Virus record (IMG/VR): IMGVR_UViG_3300022666_000227
Location: 1-54,176 of that record
Direction: 5' to 3' (one strand)
DNA: 54,176 nucleotides
From: a virus
Lineage: Duplodnaviria > Caudoviricetes
Positions 1-10,287 of the stretch are shown here, piece by piece. The notes below the pieces were generated by a model. It ran no database searches, had not been told where the DNA came from, and saw only the letters and a program-made list of their open reading frames with translations. Position numbers and translations under genes: made by a program. The first letter of the stretch is position 1, and every line of letters begins with the position of its first letter.

Positions 1-1
1 C

Positions 2-268
2 AAGGTAAATTTTATAAACAGTGTCGATGGAATACCATCCATAAAGAACAGCGGAGATTATTTCATAGATTATCAGAATGGATATCTGCAGTCTAAGAAT
101 ACATCTGATATAGGACAAATTATAAAATACTCCTATATAGAGAAACCTTTTGTTGTAGAGTATTCAGACATATCTGTTAAGCCAGTAAATAATTGTTTTC
201 AGTATGGTATTACAAATGACTCTCTTGCATCAATTGAGTTTCTATTACATAGGAATACTTGGAGTTAA
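2..268 (+). CDS. 5'-truncated putative virion structural (baseplate/tail) protein, C-terminal part
   Basis: Open frame from window edge (KVNFINSVDG...GDYFIDYQNGYLQ...HRNTWS) to TAA at 266-268; next ATG at 271; not in ORF track. Confidence 0.7.
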   Translation, partial: KVNFINSVDGIPSIKNSGDYFIDYQNGYLQSKNTSDIGQIIKYSYIEKPFVVEYSDISVKPVNNCFQYGITNDSLASIEFLLHRNTWS

Positions 269-270
269 AT

Positions 271-996
271 ATGCGCGTAAACTGCAATAACATTCAATTT
301 GCAAATAATGCTATAGATATATTTAATGATCTAAATCATAAAATATATGCAATTGATATATATGTAACAAGTACAAATGCAGACTATTTATTAGACTCTG
401 CACTTGACTCAGGAGTAGAAGGGGGATATCGCTTCTCTTTAACGATTGATGGAATAGAGTTCCCAATTATGAGAGGAGCACCTGGAGAGTCACCATTAAA
501 TCCAATAACATATATTAAAGATGCAAATATAGCAAAGTTTATATTTAGAGAACCAAATACAGAAGAAATAGATGCAACATGTTTAGTAGGATCTTTTCTC
601 GGTGGGACATGGGAATATGGTACAAATATAGACAATGATGATTCAGTAACATTAATATTTACGCAAAATACTCCTTCCTCTGATACAGATAATCTTGTGG
701 GATATGGGGAATATGCTTATGGTTATGATGCTGATTTCATAGTAGGATATGGAGGAATGGTTGTAGAAAGTTCTCCAGGAGACTTGCAAATAGTAGCCGA
801 AGAGTCAAAACTTATAACAAAAGATCTTTTATATTTATATGAATCACTCAATCCATTTGCAAAAGAAGAACAAGATATAGGGATAAGCTATAATGCATAC
901 CAGCCTATATTATACACACTAGAAACTGGCAATATACAAAATGAGCAAGAACTTATAGTCGATCAATTTGGAGACTATTTGTACTTATCTAAATAA
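271..996 (+). CDS. hypothetical virion structural protein
   Basis: ORF 259..996; ATG at 271 follows GGAG and the upstream stop, so it is the likelier start; structural operon context. Confidence 0.6.
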   Translation: MRVNCNNIQFANNAIDIFNDLNHKIYAIDIYVTSTNADYLLDSALDSGVEGGYRFSLTIDGIEFPIMRGAPGESPLNPITYIKDANIAKFIFREPNTEEIDATCLVGSFLGGTWEYGTNIDNDDSVTLIFTQNTPSSDTDNLVGYGEYAYGYDADFIVGYGGMVVESSPGDLQIVAEESKLITKDLLYLYESLNPFAKEEQDIGISYNAYQPILYTLETGNIQNEQELIVDQFGDYLYLSK

Positions 997-1007
997 GTGG
1001 AGATAAT

Positions 1008-1895
1008 ATGAAAACAAAAACAATATCAGATTTACCCATATATCCTAATGTGTTAGATGGGACTGAAGAAATTCCAATATGGGCACTTGGGGCAACATAT
1101 AAAACTCCTTTAACTGGATTTAGCCATACGCTACTATCCAATAAAGGAGTAAATACTCACCTTCAGATTGATACATTTATAGCATCAAAAGGACAGGTCA
1201 ACGGTATTGCTTCTTTAAGTGGTACTGGAAAATTGATACAAGATGCCGATACACTTGATACATTCCATGCTTCTCAGTCTGCTGGAGCTAATCAAATCCC
1301 TGTACTAAATGCTGGTGGAAGATTACTGCTAGGAGCAACAGATGATACTGTAAACAAGCTACAAGTAAACGGTAGTGCTACAGTAAGCTCAATTCTCAAA
1401 GTAGGAACGACAACAGTAAGTAAAGATGTACAAAATGGAGATTTAGTCCTTAGGAGAACACCTAATACTGGAGCTATATATTTTGGAGATAGTTCATCTA
1501 ATCATTTCTATTTTGATGGATCAAGATATAGGTTTGGATTAGGGAATTTATATATAACAGCAAACGGTAATACACTTATTAACTCAACAACAGATGATGG
1601 GGTAAATGAGCTACAGGTAAGTGGATCAGCAAGTTTTGTCAATGGATATGAGCCAGGAACAATAACAGCAAATACGTTTTCATTATATTCAAAAGATATT
1701 AACATTGCCGGTGGCCCTATAGCAACAGCAGTCCCACATATGAAGTTAGAAAATGGAAACATAATTAAGTTTTATAAATCACATACATTAGTTCCTGCAC
1801 CAACTGGAGGAAGTGTAATAGACGTAGAGGCTAGAGCAGCGATTGGAGGAATAATTTCCATACTTCAAGAAATGGGATTTATGTACACCGTGTAA
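1008..1895 (+). CDS. tail fibre-like protein
   Basis: Gly/Thr/Asn-rich; internal repeat TDDTVNKLQVNGSA / TDDGVNELQVSGSA; DADTLDTFHAS module shared with the 19121 fibre; RBS GGAG. Confidence 0.65.
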   Translation: MKTKTISDLPIYPNVLDGTEEIPIWALGATYKTPLTGFSHTLLSNKGVNTHLQIDTFIASKGQVNGIASLSGTGKLIQDADTLDTFHASQSAGANQIPVLNAGGRLLLGATDDTVNKLQVNGSATVSSILKVGTTTVSKDVQNGDLVLRRTPNTGAIYFGDSSSNHFYFDGSRYRFGLGNLYITANGNTLINSTTDDGVNELQVSGSASFVNGYEPGTITANTFSLYSKDINIAGGPIATAVPHMKLENGNIIKFYKSHTLVPAPTGGSVIDVEARAAIGGIISILQEMGFMYTV

Positions 1896-1947
1896 TATAA
1901 TGCAGACTCTTATTAACAGCTATAAAAACTTATCTTAGGAGAAAAAT

Positions 1948-2127
1948 ATGAACGAAGATCTTAACAAAAAAATTATCAAACTTGAATTAACAGTAGAACA
2001 AATCAACACATGCATGGCAGCTTTGGCAAAACAGCCATATGAGATAGCAGAGCCTATCATTAGAGCTATCCATACACAAGCAACACCACAACTACAAATT
2101 GAAGAAGAGGGTCTAGAAGATGCCTAA
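1948..2127 (+). CDS. small tail-fibre-associated protein (59 aa)
   Basis: AGGAG RBS then MNEDLNKKIIKLELTVEQINTCMAALAKQPYEIAEPIIRAIHTQATPQLQ...; resembles small helical proteins that follow phage fibre genes; below ORF-track cutoff. Confidence 0.75.
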   Translation: MNEDLNKKIIKLELTVEQINTCMAALAKQPYEIAEPIIRAIHTQATPQLQIEEEGLEDA

Positions 2128-2434
2128 TTATAAAGAGTCAAATATTGCAGGAACACAATGGCAGAGAGCTACAAGAGTTGTATTAGAGAATCCATATAAT
2201 GGAGTGCCATCAATCAATTTCGTTGAAGAGAAAGCTATCCAAATAGACGAAGATGATGTAATAACTAGACCATGTGGAAATCTTATAGAGACTTTTGCTG
2301 AGAACAAAACATTCCCATTAGTAGATCCTACAACTGGTGAATCTTTAAATACCAATATGTCATACAGTGATCTTTATGGTATCGTCTATAGCTTATATAT
2401 GTATCTAGCAGCAAATAGGGATGCTCAAGCATAA
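2120..2434 (+). CDS. hypothetical tail-associated protein
   Basis: 104 aa ORF overlapping the previous stop; fibre-chaperone position. Confidence 0.6.
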   Translation: MPNYKESNIAGTQWQRATRVVLENPYNGVPSINFVEEKAIQIDEDDVITRPCGNLIETFAENKTFPLVDPTTGESLNTNMSYSDLYGIVYSLYMYLAANRDAQA

Positions 2435-2460
2435 TTAATAATTAAGGATTGGTAATTTAA

Positions 2461-4416
2461 ATGCCATTAAATGTAAAAAACTTTGTATCTACATTAAGGA
2501 AACAAAGCTTTGCAGCATTACTGCAGAACATGAAGATAGATTTCCTTAGTGTAAAGAATAAGATTTTTCTGTATTCTAGTACACAAGATTATGAAGTTGA
2601 TACATTATTAGATTTATTTCCAGTAGACTTGACCGTAGCTTCTTCAGCTACGGTCAATGCTTCTGTCCTAATATTATATTTAGATTTTTATTCCCTTTAT
2701 GTATGCCTATTTTCTCTTTACAATAATTATAAAGGGCTAGTGGATGTTTCAAGTAATAAATATCTGTATATAGAAAATCTAGTAAAGACACTTCAATCAA
2801 CTCTAAATCTTAAGAAAATCTCAAAAGAAAATAAATATGTCACATATATAGACTTTATAGACAAGAACTTTGTATCCATTTACAAGTCTGATATCCTATC
2901 AAGAACAGATGCATCACTGCAGTTTTTGTCATTTAGCAATATTATATCACTACCAATTGTTATAACAAAAGAGATGACACCATACTCTATTGTTGCAATT
3001 AATAATGATGCTACCAATAACTACAAAGATATAATAGACTATAAAGATGACACAATTTACTATAATATTGTAAGGCCAGATAATGACTTTGTTGGAATTG
3101 TATCTGAAATTAAGCCTGCCAGGATTAGTACATCTAGGACAATAGAAATAAGTATTTCTGGTATTTTAACAGATGTTGACATGTCATTTATGTATATGAA
3201 GGTTACAGGTGTATCTGATACAAATATTGATGTACAATTTTCATCAAACGGATCAGATTGGTCATCCGATATCAGGGCTAAATTGAATGAGGTAAAAGAT
3301 TTACTTATAGAAGAAGATATAAATACAGGACTGACATTCTCTGTCAAATTTGATCCATCAATTAAGCTGGAAGACACATGGATTATAAAAATAAATAAGA
3401 TACAGTTACCAAACCCGTCAACAGAATTTAGAATAAAGTTTAATAATTTTGACAAGATATCATATGTAACAATTGATGATATAAGCCCATACCAGTTAAA
3501 AAATGAGTCTTTGCTTTTAAAGAGAAAACAAGATCAGTTTGAATATAGCAATATACCGAAGTTTACAAATGACAATAAGGTTATAGCATTTCCAAGTGAT
3601 ACAATTGAAGAAATAAAAGCAGCATATACACAGGAAGATTCGTATTTTTATAATTACAATGGACAAGCATCATATAACTATCCATTTTATCTTTCAAATA
3701 TCAAAGCTGTAACAAATAAATATGCACAACAGGGTAGCCTATCATTCAACCCTATTGATGCAGTAGAAATAAACAATATCTATATAAGCTCAGATGAGTA
3801 CATTTACTGTCCAACTGAAGGCTATATAAAGAAGATGTTTATCGAGTACAATATCTATGCAGAAATAGATCTAGATAAAACATTGATCCCATGCATAAAA
3901 TATAATGATAAAGAGCAGTATGAGTATGTATTAGCTAACAGTATAGATGAAAACAACACTATTACATACATAACAAGAATGCCAGTAGAATTACCAAATG
4001 GTGATGAGAATAGAATATACTTATACAACATAAAAGATGAAGAGTATACAGAGGTTTTAGCAGAAAACCAAAATGAATTCTTGTCATATGAAGTTGTTGA
4101 TAATGATTTTGTGCGGATTATCATTCGGAATTATAATGCAGAAAAACAATATGCTGTAAAATATACAGCAAAGGTATATTCAAATAATGATATTTATGAT
4201 CTGAGCGATATGCAAAAATGGGTCAAAAAGAATAAGATCTACTATATGTATTACAAAGATATAAATAATGAATTTAAAACAGCGATTAAAGTAATAAATA
4301 GTAGCAATGAAGTTATTCCATTCACAGGAACAATATCTTCATTTATAGAAATGAGGTCTGCAGAGCAGCATTACCTCTCTCCATACATAATGAGATATCA
4401 ATTGGTATGTAACTAA
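2461..4416 (+). CDS. large putative baseplate/tail structural protein
   Basis: 651 aa, beta-rich composition, C-terminal YLSPYIMRYQL motif shared with the next two genes. Confidence 0.55.
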   Translation: MPLNVKNFVSTLRKQSFAALLQNMKIDFLSVKNKIFLYSSTQDYEVDTLLDLFPVDLTVASSATVNASVLILYLDFYSLYVCLFSLYNNYKGLVDVSSNKYLYIENLVKTLQSTLNLKKISKENKYVTYIDFIDKNFVSIYKSDILSRTDASLQFLSFSNIISLPIVITKEMTPYSIVAINNDATNNYKDIIDYKDDTIYYNIVRPDNDFVGIVSEIKPARISTSRTIEISISGILTDVDMSFMYMKVTGVSDTNIDVQFSSNGSDWSSDIRAKLNEVKDLLIEEDINTGLTFSVKFDPSIKLEDTWIIKINKIQLPNPSTEFRIKFNNFDKISYVTIDDISPYQLKNESLLLKRKQDQFEYSNIPKFTNDNKVIAFPSDTIEEIKAAYTQEDSYFYNYNGQASYNYPFYLSNIKAVTNKYAQQGSLSFNPIDAVEINNIYISSDEYIYCPTEGYIKKMFIEYNIYAEIDLDKTLIPCIKYNDKEQYEYVLANSIDENNTITYITRMPVELPNGDENRIYLYNIKDEEYTEVLAENQNEFLSYEVVDNDFVRIIIRNYNAEKQYAVKYTAKVYSNNDIYDLSDMQKWVKKNKIYYMYYKDINNEFKTAIKVINSSNEVIPFTGTISSFIEMRSAEQHYLSPYIMRYQLVCN

Positions 4417-4424
4417 GGAATAAT

Positions 4425-6281
4425 ATGATAACTAGAAAATCAACAATAACAAAAGATGATACATTTTCATACGTAACAAAGAGTAAGGAAGAATCGACTA
4501 AAGCATATTATTCATTGTTGAATTTAGTTGACAGCTCAAATACTACATATCTTGAGTCTTCAATTTTTGAAGATTGTATCCTGACTAAATATTTAGAGAC
4601 ATATAATTTGGTTAAAAATGTTACATTTAATCAAAAGCTTAATTATATGTTTATAGATTCATTTATATCAGAGAAGTATATAGATAAAAACTTCCATGTG
4701 GATAAAACACTAAACATAGATGTTCTAAATGGCGATTTGACCTTACCAATAAAGGCCAGCTCTAATCTCCCTGTTGCATCTGTAATTATAGAAAATTCAA
4801 GTAATGGAACTATAGGTAGTAGTCTAGGTGAAACAAAGTACGATAATATAAATGACATACTAACAACAGAGTCGTCAAAGCTTTTCGTTTATGAAAAAGT
4901 TGTAAGTGAATTAAATATGTCTGATTTAAATTTTAATATTACACTAAAGCTTAACGAAGAAAGTATCTGTAATGCTATTTATATAAAACTGTATACAGAC
5001 GAAGATGTCAACTACGCAAAAGTAAACAAGGTAAGAATTTCCAAGGATGGGATAACATATAGTGATGTAACCCATATAGATGTATCAGAAAACAAGGCAG
5101 ATAAATATATTAGATTCCTTCCATCGCTAACAAGATACATATCAATTTCTTTTTCACAAAATGCCTACAATGCCATACAGACAAATTTTGGTACAAGATA
5201 TAGATACTCAATAGGGATAAGAGAGATTACACCAAAGAGAATTGAATATGATTATTATGGCGAGTATGTTTCGATTCCATTATCTATGCCAAAGAATGTT
5301 AACAGCTTACATTTTTATACAAAAGATGTGTCAAACGATGATATAAAATATTATATATCTGCAAACAACGGTGGCTTATGGAATGAGCTAACAAAAAATG
5401 GGATTAATATACTAGACAATGAGAAACTAGGATTAGACCCATTATATGATATAGACTCGATTAGGGTTAAAATCTTAATGGATAAGACAGATATAAGTGT
5501 ATCTAATGCATCTAAAACTGAATATTATTCTTATAATTCTGAAGGACGATATATATTAGGTGATACTCCATTAAGCACAAATGCCTATGTAGGCAAACAT
5601 ATTTCATATGGGCCTAAGTTTAAGAATGATATATCTATAGGAAATATAGAATATATTGGAGAGGGAACAATAACAAACCCTACTCAGTTTATTACTCTCA
5701 ATAATGTCCCATATTATGACGGGATAAAGGATGACTTGATTATCGAAATAAATGGAAGTGTAATGGATACTGCATCTTACACTCTCATGAGAGATATAGG
5801 TCCAGAAAACTCAATACTAAAAATAACAAATGGCGCTTTATACGGAGTAACAATATCTGTATATTATAAGCCTTTTGAGTGGAGTGGATCTTTAGGAAAC
5901 ATAATCACGCTTCCTGCAAAACTATTTATTGAAGATAAAAATGACATAACAATATATTCAACACCACCAGCTTCAGGAGAGAGTGTATATATCTTTACAC
6001 CAAATGATTTCGAGATAACTGGACAAGATACAATAAAGCTAAATGAATCAGCATACTCACATTTGAATACATATCAGATATACTTTACTCCAAGCGTAGA
6101 TATAACAGAAAAATTAATTGTAAGTGAAAATATTGTATATCTACATTCACTACAAAATTCATCTCCTAAGACATCAGTTAGAATAGACTATGTATATAAA
6201 AAGTTTGATAATGAAAATGTTATAAAATACTACACACCAATATGCAACGAGTATAAGGTAGAATATATAGGGCTTACATAA
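4425..6281 (+). CDS. large putative baseplate/tail structural protein
   Basis: 618 aa; ISKDGITY and YYISANNGGLW motifs; C-terminal YYTPICNEYKV. Confidence 0.55.
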   Translation: MITRKSTITKDDTFSYVTKSKEESTKAYYSLLNLVDSSNTTYLESSIFEDCILTKYLETYNLVKNVTFNQKLNYMFIDSFISEKYIDKNFHVDKTLNIDVLNGDLTLPIKASSNLPVASVIIENSSNGTIGSSLGETKYDNINDILTTESSKLFVYEKVVSELNMSDLNFNITLKLNEESICNAIYIKLYTDEDVNYAKVNKVRISKDGITYSDVTHIDVSENKADKYIRFLPSLTRYISISFSQNAYNAIQTNFGTRYRYSIGIREITPKRIEYDYYGEYVSIPLSMPKNVNSLHFYTKDVSNDDIKYYISANNGGLWNELTKNGINILDNEKLGLDPLYDIDSIRVKILMDKTDISVSNASKTEYYSYNSEGRYILGDTPLSTNAYVGKHISYGPKFKNDISIGNIEYIGEGTITNPTQFITLNNVPYYDGIKDDLIIEINGSVMDTASYTLMRDIGPENSILKITNGALYGVTISVYYKPFEWSGSLGNIITLPAKLFIEDKNDITIYSTPPASGESVYIFTPNDFEITGQDTIKLNESAYSHLNTYQIYFTPSVDITEKLIVSENIVYLHSLQNSSPKTSVRIDYVYKKFDNENVIKYYTPICNEYKVEYIGLT

Positions 6282-8362
6282 TGATCATAAAAGATATTAT
6301 CAAAAATAACATACTAGATTTCTATATCTATAAGCACTCAAGCCAAGAGAGAATTTGTAAAGATATATATAATCTGAATTCACAAGTAAGTGGCTTTTTG
6401 TCAAATCTATTTATATTTAATACAGTACCTAAAGTAAATAGATTGTCTGAGATGAAAGGTGTTGAGTTTTATGAAACGTTTGAAAAAATAAACTTTATCC
6501 TTAAGTCTATATACGAATGCTCACAAAAGCTAAAGAGTGACTACGACAATATTTATAAGAAGTATAAAGCTTCATATAGCAGGCTAGATAATCTATTCTT
6601 AGAGATACAAGATAGAGCATCAGAACTGCTTGAATATAACTGTATAAATATATCAGTAAAGAAAAGCAATCAGACAGACAACTCTTCCTGCTCAAAGATA
6701 GGGAAATATATTGTATTACCTTTCTTCAGGAAAACAGTGTCTCTATATAATTCTCAAGCAGGAATAGCATGCTCTTCAAATGATGATTTAGTATTTTCAA
6801 ATACTGCTGATATCTCTAGTATTCCTCTAGAGAAATTTGTATCATTCAAAGTTTTATCAAACAAGGATTTGTTTACCTTAGATGTAATAGTATCCATAAA
6901 TGCTACAATAGCGAATATGATATATTTCAAAATGACAAATGAGGTAAGTTCTGTATCTGTAAAACTAAAGAAAGAAAATGCTGTCTTGAAATCATTCTCC
7001 TATAATACGAATGAGATAATTGCCAACTTTTCGCCAATAGAAATTGATAGTGTTGAATTTAGTATTACATGTAGCAATCTCAATAAAGATAAGCCATCTT
7101 CTATACAGATTGAAGATATCCAAATATTCTCTAATATAATTTTTCAAAAATATGGAGCATTTGAATCAAAGTCAAAGAAGATAGAAGACTTCAATAACAT
7201 CAATACCATAACTCTTGAATGCGAAAACTATGGAGACAAGACTAATACAAATACTATTGAAATGGTATCAATGTCTCCTAGTCAGTCTGTAATAAACTAC
7301 AATACGCTACAAGATAACAAGTTAGATATATCACTATATAAATACAAGTATAAGTACGATATATATAATGATGAAACTATCAACAATAATACACAAGAGA
7401 TAACAATTCAGAACAAAGATTTTGTTATCTATTCCTTTGATAATGCTAGCACTTTATGGGATGCAGATATTAAAAGGAGTAAGATTTTATATGGCCTAAA
7501 TGATTATTATTTAAATATAGACGATACTCCAACTGCCGACCAAAGATTCCAAACCTGGACGCTAGCTGGGAACTATTATATTACACATGTTCTTAACTAT
7601 GAAGATGGGGTATATGTCAATATTGGTGCAAAAACCTGTATATTCAATAATAAAGAAGTCACAGGCATTATAAATATTCCCATTGGAATATCAAAGATAA
7701 AAGTGCATGTTAAAGATATAGATCTATTTAAACAAGATAGTGTTCATATATTGTCAAAAGAGAACATATTAAATGATAACCTATATCCATACAACTTCAT
7801 GTATTTATTTGCAGGATTGCCTGAATACAATAATAGCGGAATTATTTCAAGAGTAACAAGAGGACCGTACTCAAAAGAAGAAAGTAAACTGATATCTTTG
7901 AGAGAGTCATTTATACCATTCACAGAAATAGTTTTAGACGATGTAGGAAGAAGGTATTCTTTACAGCTAACACGGACAACTGATATCCCAGGAACTTATA
8001 CAATAGAGCCTTATGCTGGAAATATAAGAGTTGTGCCTTTCGAATCAGCAAACAGTATTACAATTTCATTCATTAAAGCCCAGTATAATTATAAGCCTTG
8101 TGGAATACTATTTAATCGTTTATTAACATATGCGCCAATTGAAACAGTCTTAACAAATGATAATTCTGAATTATTTAGTTTAGACGGAAGCTCTATAGAA
8201 AGAGCTATAATCCTACCAAAGATTGTTCCTCAAGCAAACTCATCTCAAATAATATTCAATAAATCAGATGAATCATTATATGTTTCTACAAGAATAGAAC
8301 TACAGTCAATAGATAAATATCTTACTCCTATATTAAGCGATATTTATTTACAAACGAGATAA
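6281..8362 (+). CDS. large putative baseplate/tail structural protein
   Basis: 693 aa, coupled via TAATG; C-terminal YLTPILSDIYL. Confidence 0.55.
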   Translation: MIIKDIIKNNILDFYIYKHSSQERICKDIYNLNSQVSGFLSNLFIFNTVPKVNRLSEMKGVEFYETFEKINFILKSIYECSQKLKSDYDNIYKKYKASYSRLDNLFLEIQDRASELLEYNCINISVKKSNQTDNSSCSKIGKYIVLPFFRKTVSLYNSQAGIACSSNDDLVFSNTADISSIPLEKFVSFKVLSNKDLFTLDVIVSINATIANMIYFKMTNEVSSVSVKLKKENAVLKSFSYNTNEIIANFSPIEIDSVEFSITCSNLNKDKPSSIQIEDIQIFSNIIFQKYGAFESKSKKIEDFNNINTITLECENYGDKTNTNTIEMVSMSPSQSVINYNTLQDNKLDISLYKYKYKYDIYNDETINNNTQEITIQNKDFVIYSFDNASTLWDADIKRSKILYGLNDYYLNIDDTPTADQRFQTWTLAGNYYITHVLNYEDGVYVNIGAKTCIFNNKEVTGIINIPIGISKIKVHVKDIDLFKQDSVHILSKENILNDNLYPYNFMYLFAGLPEYNNSGIISRVTRGPYSKEESKLISLRESFIPFTEIVLDDVGRRYSLQLTRTTDIPGTYTIEPYAGNIRVVPFESANSITISFIKAQYNYKPCGILFNRLLTYAPIETVLTNDNSELFSLDGSSIERAIILPKIVPQANSSQIIFNKSDESLYVSTRIELQSIDKYLTPILSDIYLQTR

Positions 8363-8363
8363 A

Positions 8364-8642
8364 ATGGAAACTACTAAATATTTAGAAAAAGAATTCCTGT
8401 CTGAAGATGAGATAATAGACAGGAGCATAAAGACAAGAACTATCAATAATATAGCTGAAAAAATTAAAGACTTAAATACAAGAACTACTGATCCACAACT
8501 AATAGCTATGTTAGGATCCTTATCAAACTTGTTAAAAGATGCTTATGTTATTGATATGTATAAATTTCAATTTAAAATATTTACTTTAGCAATTCAGAAA
8601 GAGATATCTGCAATTCAAGAAGTAATTAGCGCAGAAGTATAA
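8364..8642 (+). CDS. hypothetical protein
   Basis: 92 aa helical-looking ORF tightly packed in the operon. Confidence 0.6.
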   Translation: METTKYLEKEFLSEDEIIDRSIKTRTINNIAEKIKDLNTRTTDPQLIAMLGSLSNLLKDAYVIDMYKFQFKIFTLAIQKEISAIQEVISAEV

Positions 8643-8644
8643 TA

Positions 8645-9487
8645 ATGATAAAAGAAATATTAGAGAAATATATAGAGAACAGAAAGAATAAACCGCTAGA
8701 GCATAGAGATAGGCTTTATCCAACATTTGCATCATGCTATGTAACATTTTCTAAATATAAAAGATTATATGGGAAATGTATGAGAGCAGCATATTATTCA
8801 TGCATAGGCGAAGAAGAGAGTACAGAGCCTGGGCTAAACTTATCCATGCAGAGAATGCTGGGAGAATATACAGAAAAAATGATTTTAGATTGTCTTAAAA
8901 GACAAGACAGCCTAAAAGATAAAAATGTACCATTCGCAGTAGATAAGTATAATATTTATGGTAAACTAGATGGAATAGTTTTATATAATGGAAAAGAGTA
9001 TGGTCTAGAAATAAAGAGTATAAGTGGAGCAAATGCTTATATAAATTATTTAATATTCGAAAACAATAATCCAAGATGGCAAGATTTATTTCAGACTATT
9101 ATATACTGCTATGCCTTTAGAGATACCTTACCTAATGGTTTTATACTCTTCTATATACGAAGAGATACCGGAGATATAAAAGAAATAACAGTACAAGTAG
9201 AGCCATATAACAATGAGCTTTCTGTAATAATCGATGGTAAAGTAGAATCAAGATATAAAGTAAAAGACTTATTAGATAGATATGTAACACTCTATAAATA
9301 TATACAAGCAAATAAGGTTCCACCTAGAGAATATATAGATATTTATCCAGTAGATATGATACCAGATTATTACAAACTTGGTATATTATCAAAAAAACAG
9401 GTTGATGCATATAACATAAAACCATTTGGAGATAGCGCCTGTATATATTGCGGGTACAAACACCTTTGTAAAAATGAGGAAAAATAA
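8645..9487 (+). CDS. Cas4-like / RecB-type PD-(D/E)XK exonuclease
   Basis: N-terminal KCMRAAYY, GKLDGI...LEIKS nuclease motif, QxxxY (QTIIY), C-terminal CIYCGYKHLC: 1+3 Cys cluster pattern of Cas4/AddB. Confidence 0.8.
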   Translation: MIKEILEKYIENRKNKPLEHRDRLYPTFASCYVTFSKYKRLYGKCMRAAYYSCIGEEESTEPGLNLSMQRMLGEYTEKMILDCLKRQDSLKDKNVPFAVDKYNIYGKLDGIVLYNGKEYGLEIKSISGANAYINYLIFENNNPRWQDLFQTIIYCYAFRDTLPNGFILFYIRRDTGDIKEITVQVEPYNNELSVIIDGKVESRYKVKDLLDRYVTLYKYIQANKVPPREYIDIYPVDMIPDYYKLGILSKKQVDAYNIKPFGDSACIYCGYKHLCKNEEK

Positions 9488-10272
9488 TGAGAATAAACTG
9501 GTCTAAAGATAATGGAGTTGCCTATATTTATAATAGTAATAGTGCAACAAGGACTTATATAAATACTGATAATGCTACAAAAATAGATAGCGATCTTTCA
9601 AATGCTACTCCTTTAGATATTTTTAATGGTGAGTACATTATGATTAATCTTCCTGTAGCAATAAGCTTATCAGCAATAAAAGCAAAAATGACACCTAGTG
9701 TATCTGGTCAAATAGCTCAATGCTCACTAGATTCTACAGATGGAATAGATGGCACATGGATAGATTTACTAGATAATCAATCTTATACAGGCCTAGAATA
9801 TAAAACATACACAACAACACCAACAAATTGCAAATGGATCAGACTAGGTCCAGTTGATTCATTATTTGCATTTCATATATTTGGTGAATATCAAAACCCT
9901 AGGTTTGAGGTGTGGAGTGCAGATGGTCTGTCAGAACTAACAGGTGACTATCCATTAGGGGTACAAGATATTCCAAATTCTTATGACTATACAGATAGGG
10001 CAAGATTTAAAATTAAAAATCTAGACATATATGCACATTCATATAGCGTAACAATTACACCAGTAAGATATGGTGGAGATTCTGTTATAGCTGATTACTG
10101 TACTGTATCTAAAGATAATGGAGCAACAAAAACCTCAACCCTGACCGTTTCAAATGTACAACCAAATTCATTATCGACTGAAACTATAGATGTGTGGATA
10201 GATATAACATCGGCCAATAATACAGCAGATGGATATCATTACTATTCCATAAGTATTGAAGAGCTTGTTTAA
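9487..10272 (+). CDS. putative virion protein, possible galactose-binding/discoidin-like domain
   Basis: SLDSTDGIDGTW...CKWIRL pattern; Ser/Thr-rich; structural context. Confidence 0.45.
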   Translation: MRINWSKDNGVAYIYNSNSATRTYINTDNATKIDSDLSNATPLDIFNGEYIMINLPVAISLSAIKAKMTPSVSGQIAQCSLDSTDGIDGTWIDLLDNQSYTGLEYKTYTTTPTNCKWIRLGPVDSLFAFHIFGEYQNPRFEVWSADGLSELTGDYPLGVQDIPNSYDYTDRARFKIKNLDIYAHSYSVTITPVRYGGDSVIADYCTVSKDNGATKTSTLTVSNVQPNSLSTETIDVWIDITSANNTADGYHYYSISIEELV

Positions 10273-10287
10273 TAACGGAGATTTTAT

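Noticed and set aside
8645-9487. CRISPR-Cas locus around the Cas4-like gene
   Set aside because: No repeat-spacer array, cas1/cas2 or effector genes seen; intergenic gaps are too short
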